From: Candidatus Hydrogenedentota bacterium
GTDB taxonomy: Bacteria > Hydrogenedentota > Hydrogenedentia > Hydrogenedentales > SLHB01
NCBI GenBank assembly: GCA_029974275.1
Contig: JARKSN010000185.1
Location: 1-17,653 of the forward strand
Direction of reading: 5' to 3'
DNA: 17,653 bases
This document shows positions 1 to 7,522 of this stretch, piece by piece. How positions within the stretch are numbered: position 1 is the stretch's first letter; each line of letters opens with the position of its first letter. The notes under the pieces are model-generated. The model had not been told where the DNA came from and did no database searches. It saw only the letters and a program-made list of their open reading frames with translations. Made by a program: the position numbers and the translations under genes.

Positions 1-117
1 TTCGTTGGCGCTCATGCGCGAACGCAGCAAATTCGGAATGGCTATCGCCGCGATAATCGCAATAATCGCGACCACAATCATCAGCTCAATCAACGTGAAA
101 CCGGTGTTTTTCTTCAT
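1..117 (-). CDS. Type IV pilin / prepilin-type N-terminal cleavage-methylation protein (5' part; runs off the left edge)
   Basis: Not in the ORF track. The reverse complement of 117..1 reads MKKNTG|FTLIELMIVVAIIAIIAAIAIPNLLRSRMSANE, a class III signal peptide (G|FxxxE plus hydrophobic helix). GGAGG RBS at 126-130 (-). Confidence 0.95.
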   Translation of the reverse strand, partial: MKKNTGFTLIELMIVVAIIAIIAAIAIPNLLRSRMSANE

Positions 118-226
118 GTGACAACCCTCCAACGTGTTTGATTCGTTCTTTCGTGCTGTTTCGGATTTAACTGTTATCGGTTCCCGGGGCAACCGTCCTT
201 ACCTTTTCCAGTCGTCAGGACCGTTA

Positions 227-244
227 TAACAAGCGGTGTGCCAA
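227..244 (-). promoter_or_regulatory. Putative sigma-54 (-24/-12) promoter of the pilin gene
   Basis: The minus strand reads TTGGCACACCGCTTGTTA: a strong -24 element (TTGGCAC), correct GG-N10 spacing, and TTGT instead of TTGC at -12. It lies about 110 bp upstream of the pilin ATG. Confidence 0.55.
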
Positions 245-457
245 CGATCGCGCAAATATCCATAAAGTCTTCTTGCATAATGCGTTAAGGAAACAAAAGG
301 CGGTGATGGAGCGAGTAAAATCCCTTGGATGGATTGACAATGTGTGTGCCAGAGGGCCGTTTTTTGTCACTCAGACTAGGAAATGGCGTTTTCAAGAAAG
401 GCGTGGCCGCATTCCGCCCCAAAACCGCCTTTTCGAAAGGGCTTCGGGAGAAAGCGG

Positions 458-1873
458 CTATGGTTCCAGTTGAACTCCACTGGGAAGGTTTGGAAGACGT
501 AGAGTGAAAAGAGTTCCTTCTCCGAGGACGGAATCGACCGTGACCGAACCGCCGTGCACGCTCATGATGTGTTTCACGATGGCTAATCCGAGACCCGTGC
601 CGCCCAGATTTCGGCTGCGCGCGTGGTCGATGCGGTAGAAGCGTTCGAAGATGCGAGGCAGGTGTTGGGGAGCGATGCCGGGGCCGTTGTCGCGAACGGC
701 GATATGCGTTTCGCCAGATGTTTGTTCAACGGAGACGGAGATTTTGGTGTCAGGGTTGCCGTACTTGATCGCGTTATCCACGAGATTGATCACGGCCTGT
801 TCCAACAGCGAAGCGTTGGCATGCACCGTCACATCGCGTTCGCAGGCCACCGCGAACCGCATGCCCTTCGTCTCCGCCTTGGCAGCGCAGGCGCGAACGG
901 CGCTTTCGATGAGGGGGCGCAGGGAAACCGTTTCAAAGGGAATGTCAGCGAGTCCTTCGGAGCGGTCAAGACGGGAAAGGGCGAGAACATCGTCGACCAA
1001 CAAGCACAAGCGGTCTGATTGACGGCCGATCGTCTCAAGAAAAGTTCTGGCCATGATGGGATCGTCCATCGCTCCTTCGAGCAGGGTCTCGGCGCATCCT
1101 TTGATGGAGGTGACCGGCGTGCGTATTTCATGCGAGACATTCGCGACAAAATCGCGCCGCGCGTTTTGAAGTTTCTGCACATGGGTTCTGTCTTCGATCA
1201 CAAGCAGGACGCCGATCCGACCCAGGCGATCATCCATCAAGGGGGCTGCCTGCACGCGCAGGAAACGTTCCTCTGGTCCGAAAAGCACAATCTCGTCATC
1301 GGTGGGCGCGGAGCCGAGAAGCGCTTGGCGGACGCAGCGTTGCAGGTCCGCATTGCGGATGCCTTCCTGGATCGTGCGCATGCGGACATCCGCAAAGGAG
1401 ACGTGAAACAACTCGGCGGCGGTTCGGTTGATCGACAGGATGCGCTCTTCGTTGTCCAATGCGATGACGCCTTCGACCATGCTCGAGAGAATGGTGTCGA
1501 GTTCGTGGCGTTGGCGGTGGACGGCTTGGAGACGCTGTTCGAATTCCTCGGCCATTCGATTGAAGACAAAGACAAGTTGGTTCAACTCGCGCGTCGAGGC
1601 GGCGGGAAGACGTCTCGAAAAATCGCCGGACAGATAACCTTCTGCGGCCTTAGAAATTTCGCTTAGCCAGGCGGCGATTCGCTTTGCCATAAATAGACCA
1701 AACAGCCCCCCGAGCAGTCCTGAAGCCGCGACGCCGGAGATAACGGCGAAAGCGCTGGGGCGCACGGAGAGACCGCTCGCGGCAACCCATGTGCCGAGCA
1801 AGGCGCAGATCGCCGGGAGAAGGATGCAGGGCGGAATAATGTACCACGCCAGTCTTTTTGCGGAACGCTGCAT
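458..1873 (-). CDS. Sensor histidine kinase, PhoR/WalK-like (2 TM, HAMP, PAS, HisKA, HATPase_c)
   Basis: H-box DFVANVSHEIRTP, N-box NLVDNAIKY, G1 DNGPGI, F-box RIFERFYR, G2 GGTGLGLAIVKH. PAS start ILSSMVEGVIALD; HAMP ELNQLVFVFNRMA. AAGGAG RBS upstream. Confidence 0.95.
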   Translation of the reverse strand: MQRSAKRLAWYIIPPCILLPAICALLGTWVAASGLSVRPSAFAVISGVAASGLLGGLFGLFMAKRIAAWLSEISKAAEGYLSGDFSRRLPAASTRELNQLVFVFNRMAEEFEQRLQAVHRQRHELDTILSSMVEGVIALDNEERILSINRTAAELFHVSFADVRMRTIQEGIRNADLQRCVRQALLGSAPTDDEIVLFGPEERFLRVQAAPLMDDRLGRIGVLLVIEDRTHVQKLQNARRDFVANVSHEIRTPVTSIKGCAETLLEGAMDDPIMARTFLETIGRQSDRLCLLVDDVLALSRLDRSEGLADIPFETVSLRPLIESAVRACAAKAETKGMRFAVACERDVTVHANASLLEQAVINLVDNAIKYGNPDTKISVSVEQTSGETHIAVRDNGPGIAPQHLPRIFERFYRIDHARSRNLGGTGLGLAIVKHIMSVHGGSVTVDSVLGEGTLFTLRLPNLPSGVQLEP

Positions 1874-1915
1874 GATTCTCCTTGGAGCTTGTAGGATGCG
1901 CTTTCTTCAGGGGCC

Positions 1916-1945
1916 ATTGTGGAGCATTTTTAGTTGGCTGGGCAA
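1916..1945 (-). promoter_or_regulatory. Possible sigma-70 promoter of the kinase gene
   Basis: Minus strand TTGCCC-N18-CACAAT; the -10 element is imperfect. Confidence 0.35.
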
Positions 1946-2030
1946 GTTTCGAGATGTCTTTCCCTTTGAACGTGGCCATTTGCGCCCCAAGAATCGCCAA
2001 TGTCGATTGGCGGCGCGATGGGCGGTAGAG

Positions 2031-2060
2031 TTGACACAATGTGATGTGATGTGATATGAT
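2031..2060 (+). promoter_or_regulatory. Sigma-70-type promoter for mtaB
   Basis: TTGACA (2031-2036)-N18-TATGAT (2055-2060), with an extended TGn before the -10 element. Confidence 0.75.
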
Positions 2061-2181
2061 GCGTCGTGTTTCGGGCTGGTGGATAGGCGCTTAGGTGCGT
2101 CGAAACTGGATCGCGCTTCGCCCTGAGGCATGCAGGAAGCCTCAGGGAGTGAGTATGCTGATAACGTGGAGGGTTCTGTCA

Positions 2182-3561
2182 ATGCCACAGTACAAGAAGT
2201 TAGCCATTCCGAATCCGACGGATTTGATTTTCGGGGTTTCTCCTAAGCCGTTGACGACGCGCCGAGGCCTTGTCATCGGGGGTGGGACGGTGTATCCCGA
2301 GATAAATTTCACTCTTCCCCCGATGGAAGTGAATGCGGATTCCATGGGGCGCGTGATCGAGCATTATCGGGAAATCGTCGAGGGTGTGTTGAAGCGGGCG
2401 CATGAATTGTCGGTGCCGGGCGTGGTGATTGAGTTTGAGACTTTGCCCGACATGACCCAGACGCCGGGGTGGGGTCTTGATATTGCGCGCGTGTTGCTGG
2501 ACGGCATGGAAGAGGCCTATCAAAAATATGGGCTCCGGTCGGTTTTGCGAATGACGCCAAACGATAATCGCGAGATGACGCGGCCGCCGGTGATGCGCAG
2601 CGGTCCTCATTGGGAGTCGATGCTGTGGCTGTTTGATCAATCCGCGGCGGCGGGCGCTGAACTGCTAAGCATCGAATCCACCGGCGGCAAGGAGATTCAC
2701 GACGAGGCGTTGTTGATGTGCGACTTGCCCCAGGTGATTTTTGCGCTGTGCATCATGGGCGTGCGTGACATGCGCTATTTGTGGAGCGAATTGGATGCGA
2801 TCGCCCGGCGGCATGGCGTTCACTGCGCGGGGGATACGGCTTGCGGCTTTGGCAACACGGCTATGGTGCTTGCCGAGCAAGGCATGGTGCCGCGCGTCTT
2901 TGCGGCGGTTGTTCGCGCGGTCACGGCGGTCCGATCGCTGGTCGCGTATGAATGCGGCGCTGTCGGCCCCGGGAAGGATTGCGGCTATGAAAATCCCATT
3001 CTCAAGGCGATAACCGGTTACCCGATGTCCATGGAAGGCAAATGCGCCGCCTGTGCGCACTTGAGTCCTTTGGGTAACATCGCCTCGGCGACGTGCGACC
3101 TGTGGAGCAACGAATCGATCCAGAACATCAAACTGCTTGGGGGGATGGCCCCCACTGTTTCCATGGAACAACTGACGTACGATTGCCGACTGATGAATCT
3201 GGCAACGGCGCAGGGCAAGGCGGAAGCCCTTCGTTTTCGGAATTTGCTTGTCGATTCCGATGCAGGACTGGACCCGCAGGCGTTTCTTCTATCTCCGGAG
3301 AACTGCGTCGCCATCGCCCAGGCCATTGTTGATGCCGATGGGTATTACGAGGCGGGGAAATCCGCCGCGCTGGCGGCCATCGGCCTTTTGCGGAACGCCT
3401 GGGCGGACAAACGAGTCGTCATTGCCGAGATGGAGCATCCTTGGCTGGACATGATGTATGCCGCTGTCGCGGATCTTCCTTCTTCGGAGGAAACGTTCAT
3501 TCAGCAGATGATGGATGTCGTCGACACTTCGAAGTTCATTCCGAAGGAGTATGCTTTGTAA
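2182..3561 (+). CDS. mtaB: Methanol:corrinoid methyltransferase, MtaB family (459 aa)
   Basis: The N-terminus (LIFGVSPKPLTTRRGLVIGGGTVYPEINF) and motifs SIESTGGKE, GDTACGFGNTAM, GPGKDCGYE, MEGKCAACAH and LWSNES resemble MtaB, including candidate Zn ligands (Glu, Cys, Cys). Start moved to ATG 2182, behind GGAGG at 2168-2172. Confidence 0.88.
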   Translation: MPQYKKLAIPNPTDLIFGVSPKPLTTRRGLVIGGGTVYPEINFTLPPMEVNADSMGRVIEHYREIVEGVLKRAHELSVPGVVIEFETLPDMTQTPGWGLDIARVLLDGMEEAYQKYGLRSVLRMTPNDNREMTRPPVMRSGPHWESMLWLFDQSAAAGAELLSIESTGGKEIHDEALLMCDLPQVIFALCIMGVRDMRYLWSELDAIARRHGVHCAGDTACGFGNTAMVLAEQGMVPRVFAAVVRAVTAVRSLVAYECGAVGPGKDCGYENPILKAITGYPMSMEGKCAACAHLSPLGNIASATCDLWSNESIQNIKLLGGMAPTVSMEQLTYDCRLMNLATAQGKAEALRFRNLLVDSDAGLDPQAFLLSPENCVAIAQAIVDADGYYEAGKSAALAAIGLLRNAWADKRVVIAEMEHPWLDMMYAAVADLPSSEETFIQQMMDVVDTSKFIPKEYAL

Positions 3562-3583
3562 CGGCGCGCGGATGCGGCAGGAA

Positions 3584-3611
3584 AACGCCGCCGTGTCGAC
3601 GTTGCGGCGTT
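3584..3611. terminator. Hairpin between convergent genes; possible terminator
   Basis: AACGCCGC-N12-GCGGCGTT inverted repeat, ending in a short T run on the minus strand. Confidence 0.45.
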
Positions 3612-4107
3612 ATTCTTGAACAACATCCATGGAAACGATGCGCCAGGCGCCGTTTTCGTTCTGAAATCTGAATGCGGCTCTCATGGTTATGCCGCTCACG
3701 AAGGTAATGACGATGTTCGAGGCCACGGCCGCATCGGCGTCCCACGCGATATGGGCCTTGGAAACGTCGATATCCTCGGGGGTGTTGCCCTGCCGTTGGT
3801 GTTCGGCCATGACGGCCATCAAACGCGCTTTATCGCCGATAAGCGGACTCGCGAAGTTGTCCGATAGCAGGCTCATCAGGGCGTTGGCGCCTTGGTCGGG
3901 AGATTCCATGCGGTCTAGCGCTTCGTGAATGTAGGTCTCGGCTTGAGCGCGTTGTTGACGAAGCGCTTGAGACCGGTATCCGTAGGCGGCGGAAACGGCC
4001 AGTCCTGCCGCGCAGACAAGTGTGATGCCGGTATATAAGAAGCGTTTTCGTTGTGTCACGTCATCGTTCCTGATGGAGAAAAACCGCCCAAGCCTAGTGT
4101 CCGTCAC
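3610..4107 (-). CDS. Hypothetical single-TM membrane-anchored protein; C-terminus resembles an NTF2-like fold
   Basis: 165-aa ORF filling the gap between two + strand genes. Basic RKR is followed by a hydrophobic helix (FLYTGITLVCAAGLAVSAAY). It ends FRFQNENGAWRIVSMDV, a strand-turn-W-x-I ending typical of NTF2-like proteins. Start codon uncertain. Confidence 0.65.
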   Translation of the reverse strand: MTDTRLGRFFSIRNDDVTQRKRFLYTGITLVCAAGLAVSAAYGYRSQALRQQRAQAETYIHEALDRMESPDQGANALMSLLSDNFASPLIGDKARLMAVMAEHQRQGNTPEDIDVSKAHIAWDADAAVASNIVITFVSGITMRAAFRFQNENGAWRIVSMDVVQE

Positions 4108-4281
4108 AGATTATGCCCGATCCCCGTGGCGCAAGGCCACTTGAAAGTGAGGGCAGGGGATCTCATGTCACAAAACAAATTGGACGTGGGATATCGCGGG
4201 CCTTTTCACAATCAACTTCGCGTTTTGGGGCCGGTAGGTTTGCAAACGTACGTGCGATCGGGGCGTTTTGAGCGAAACGCA

Positions 4282-4310
4282 TTGATTCCTTCCCGTGTTT
4301 CATTTACGAT
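4282..4310 (+). promoter_or_regulatory. Putative sigma-70 promoter of the regulator gene
   Basis: TTGATT (4282-4287)-N17-TACGAT (4305-4310), about 30 bp upstream of ATG 4343. Confidence 0.5.
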
Positions 4311-4342
4311 TCGTGAAACGTTTTGCATCAGAGGGAAACGCC

Positions 4343-6016
4343 ATGCGACCGACCAAACTCAGCGCGAAAGTGTTCTATGAATTGCCTGGAATGCTGGCTC
4401 GGTATCTGGAGGGCGGCAAGAATCTATGGATGGAGTCGTTGCCGCGCGAGGGAAAGCTGACTCTTTTGAATCGTCCCGGGGCCTTCAGTGATCTTGAGTC
4501 GTTGGCGGTGGAGCGGCGGCAGTTACTGGATATATTGGGGCATGATCGCGCGCGAGCGTTGTTGTATCGGATCGGTTTCGAGCAAGGGCGCAGGGACGCA
4601 TCCCGTCATTACGCCATTTTTTCGCAGAACGCGCGGCTTGCGCTGCAGGCAGGCCCCGTGTTCAAACAGCTTCAAGGGCGTTTCGTGGCAGAGCCTCCGC
4701 GTTTTGAATTTGATCTGGACGCAAAGACTCTTTATCGCGAGGGCGTGTTGCTGGGCAATGTGGAGGCGCAAGTGCATCGGATGATTCAGGATGCGCCGGG
4801 GGAGTGCGTGTGCTGGGGAACGGCGGGGTATCTTTCCGGGCATGTTACGGAAGTGCTTGGCAAGCCCGTGCTGACGCTTGAGACGGAGTGCGTTTCGGAT
4901 GGAGCGCCTGCATGCCGTTTTATATCGAAATTGAGCGCGGAGTGGGGGGGGGAAGCGGAATGGGCGCGGCAGGCGTTTCGCTTGGAACCGGTGGATCGTG
5001 AGATCGCGCGCGCGGCGGAAGGAGTTCCTGTTGAGGTTTCCGTGAAGGACAGCGCGACGCCGTCGGGCGGCGAGGAAGATGATGTTCCCGTGGCCCCGCC
5101 GGAGATTGGGATTGATGGATTTTGGGCGCGTGACGCGTCCATGCGCCCGGTCGTGTTGCGGGCGCGGCAGCTTGCCGTTTCCGATGTGCCGGTCTGCATT
5201 GTCGGCGAGTCGGGGACAGGCCGCGAGACGTTGGCTAAGGCGATGCATGCGATGGGCCCTCGCAGTGAAAATCCTTTTGTCGTCCTGGATTGCATCGGCA
5301 TGGATGCGGACATGCTGGCGCGGGAGCTTTGGGGGCATGCGCCGGGCGCGTTTCCGGGGGCGGTGCGCGCGAGCATGGGGGCGGCGACGCGCGCCCACGG
5401 CGGCGCGTTGTACGTCAACGAGGTGACGCGTTTGCCGTTGGATGTGCAGGGCGGGTTGCTACGGGCCTTGGAAGACCGGCGCCTGTATGCGCTTGGGGAA
5501 GATCAACCGCGCGAGGCGGATTTCCGTTTGATCGCAGCGACGCAATCGGAATTGAAAGAGGCGCTTGATGAAGGGCTGTTGCGCGAGGAGTTGTATTATG
5601 CGTTGACAGCAGGCCGGATTGCCATGCCCGCGTTGCGGAATCGCGGGAGCGACGCGGGGACGTTGGCGGCGTCGTTCTTGAAAGAGGCTCGTTTGCGGCA
5701 TGGGAGGCCGGATATGCGATTTTCGGAGGAAACGCGCGAGGTGTTGCTTGACTGCGCCTGGCCGGGCAATGTGCGTCAACTCCGCAATGCAATCGAGTAT
5801 GCCGTGCTGGTGGCGCAGGGTCCCGAGATTACGCCGGCGGATTTGCCCGAGGAGGTCCTGGTGACGCGCATGTCGCGCGGCCCGCAGGAGTTGAACCGCG
5901 ACGTGGTGCTTGCGGCGTTGCGTCAGTCGCGCGGCAATCGCAGTGAGGCCGCCGAGCGTCTGGGGGTGGGTCGCACAACGTTGTGGCGCGCGATGCGACG
6001 ATGGGGCATCGAGTGA
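4343..6016 (+). CDS. XylR/DmpR-like regulator: XylR-N/V4R sensor, sigma-54-interaction AAA+ domain (degenerate), Fis-type HTH (557 aa)
   Basis: V4R-like CVCWGTAGYLSG...ETECVSDGAPACRF; AAA+ region GESGTGRE, ELWGHAPGAFPGA, RLIAAT, WPGNVRQLRN; HTH GNRSEAAERLGVGRTTLWRAM. GAGGG RBS before ATG 4343. Confidence 0.9.
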   Translation: MRPTKLSAKVFYELPGMLARYLEGGKNLWMESLPREGKLTLLNRPGAFSDLESLAVERRQLLDILGHDRARALLYRIGFEQGRRDASRHYAIFSQNARLALQAGPVFKQLQGRFVAEPPRFEFDLDAKTLYREGVLLGNVEAQVHRMIQDAPGECVCWGTAGYLSGHVTEVLGKPVLTLETECVSDGAPACRFISKLSAEWGGEAEWARQAFRLEPVDREIARAAEGVPVEVSVKDSATPSGGEEDDVPVAPPEIGIDGFWARDASMRPVVLRARQLAVSDVPVCIVGESGTGRETLAKAMHAMGPRSENPFVVLDCIGMDADMLARELWGHAPGAFPGAVRASMGAATRAHGGALYVNEVTRLPLDVQGGLLRALEDRRLYALGEDQPREADFRLIAATQSELKEALDEGLLREELYYALTAGRIAMPALRNRGSDAGTLAASFLKEARLRHGRPDMRFSEETREVLLDCAWPGNVRQLRNAIEYAVLVAQGPEITPADLPEEVLVTRMSRGPQELNRDVVLAALRQSRGNRSEAAERLGVGRTTLWRAMRRWGIE

Positions 6017-6079
6017 TCTTTTCGAGGAGTCGGACCGTTTTCATCCGTGCGAACGCATCCATATATGGAAAGGAAAAAC

Positions 6080-7423
6080 ATGCCAAGCGCCGTTGAAATG
6101 CTCGAGCGAAAACTGAACGATTTCAACCCTCGAGTGCGCCGGGAAACCCTGGAGGAGTTGGCGGCGCTCGCCCGTAGCGACGCGGCGTTTTTTTCTCCCG
6201 TTCGCCCGGTCGTGAATCTTCATTGCCATAGTTTTTTCTCGTATAACGGCTATGGCTATTCGCCTTCATTTCTTGGGTGGCGCGCGCGGCGCGAGGGGAT
6301 GATGATGGCGGGAGTGGTGGATTTCGATGTGCTTGATGCCACCGACGAGTTTTTGGATGCGTGTCATCTGTTGGGTTTGAAGGGATGCGCTGGATTTGAA
6401 ACCCGGGTGTTTCTTCCCGAATTCGCCTCGCGGGAGATCAATTCTCCCGGCGAGCCAGGCATTTCCTATCACATGGGCATTGGGTTTACGACATCAACGC
6501 CGGAAGATCGCGATCTGTTGGATGCGATGCGCGCCGCAGCCGGTGCGCGCACGCGCGATATCGTCTCGCGGGTCAACGCCTTTTTGGCTCCAGTCGTGTT
6601 GGATTATGAGCGGGACGTGCTGCCGCTTACGCCCGGGGGAAACGCGACGGAACGGCATGTTTGTCAGGCGTATGAGCAGAAGGCCGAGTCGATCTTTCCG
6701 GATCTTGAGGAGCGTGCGGCGTTTTGGGCGTCAAAGCTGGGCGGCGAGAGGGCTGCAATGAAAGCCTGCATGGCGGATTCGGCGGGTTTTCAAGGGATAG
6801 TGCGATCGAAGACGATGAAATCGGGCGGCGTGGGATACGTGAAGCCCGATGGCTCATCGTTTCCGAGGTTGGCTGCGGTGAATGCCTTCACCCTTGCGGC
6901 GGGGGCGATTCCGGCGATGACGTGGCTCGATGGTCTTTCCGAAGGGGAGCAGGCGATCGAGGAATTGATCGATTTGCAGATATCCATGGGCGCGGCGGCG
7001 CTGAACATCATTCCTGATCGCAATTGGAACCTGAAAGACCCGGAGCAAAAAAAGCGCAAGGTCGCCGAGTTGCATCGCATCGTCGAGGTGTCGAGGCGGC
7101 GCCATTTGCCCATTATCGTCGGTACCGAGATGAATGCTCCGGGGCAGCGGTTTGTCGACGATTTCGACGCGCCCGAACTCGCGCCTCTTGCGCCGGCGTT
7201 TCTGGAAGGGGCGTGGATTCTGCATGCACACACCGTGTTGCAGCGACTCGCCGGCATGGGCTATGTCAGCGCGTGGGCGGAGGATCATCTTCCTGATCGC
7301 GCGGCTCGAAACGCCTTCTTTTCCGGCTTGGGCGAACGTCTGCCCGCCGGTCTTGTGCGGCTTGATACGCCGCTTTCTGCAGCGAGTTCGCCGGAGGACG
7401 TATGTACGGCGCTGCTGGGTTGA
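6080..7423 (+). CDS. PHP-fold (polymerase/histidinol phosphatase-like) protein, divergent metal site (447 aa)
   Basis: VNLHCHSFFS resembles PHP motif I, followed by SP, GVVDFD (the TDH position) and GFETRV. AAGGA RBS before ATG 6080. Confidence 0.65.
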   Translation: MPSAVEMLERKLNDFNPRVRRETLEELAALARSDAAFFSPVRPVVNLHCHSFFSYNGYGYSPSFLGWRARREGMMMAGVVDFDVLDATDEFLDACHLLGLKGCAGFETRVFLPEFASREINSPGEPGISYHMGIGFTTSTPEDRDLLDAMRAAAGARTRDIVSRVNAFLAPVVLDYERDVLPLTPGGNATERHVCQAYEQKAESIFPDLEERAAFWASKLGGERAAMKACMADSAGFQGIVRSKTMKSGGVGYVKPDGSSFPRLAAVNAFTLAAGAIPAMTWLDGLSEGEQAIEELIDLQISMGAAALNIIPDRNWNLKDPEQKKRKVAELHRIVEVSRRRHLPIIVGTEMNAPGQRFVDDFDAPELAPLAPAFLEGAWILHAHTVLQRLAGMGYVSAWAEDHLPDRAARNAFFSGLGERLPAGLVRLDTPLSAASSPEDVCTALLG

Positions 7424-7522
7424 ATAGGATGTTTGCCGAAGCCGCGCGTCTGTTGCGACAATGACGCGCTTTCGGCGTTTGACGACACGCAGTATCATCG
7501 ATGCAGGCGGGAGTGTTTCGGA

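Noticed and set aside
273..507. Short + strand ORFs (66 and 60 aa) between the pilin and kinase genes
   Set aside because: They have no motifs or clear RBS, and they overlap the kinase 3' end and the probable pilin regulatory region.
2095..2181. Upstream start for mtaB given in the ORF track
   Set aside because: MtaB-like sequence and the GGAGG RBS point to ATG 2182.
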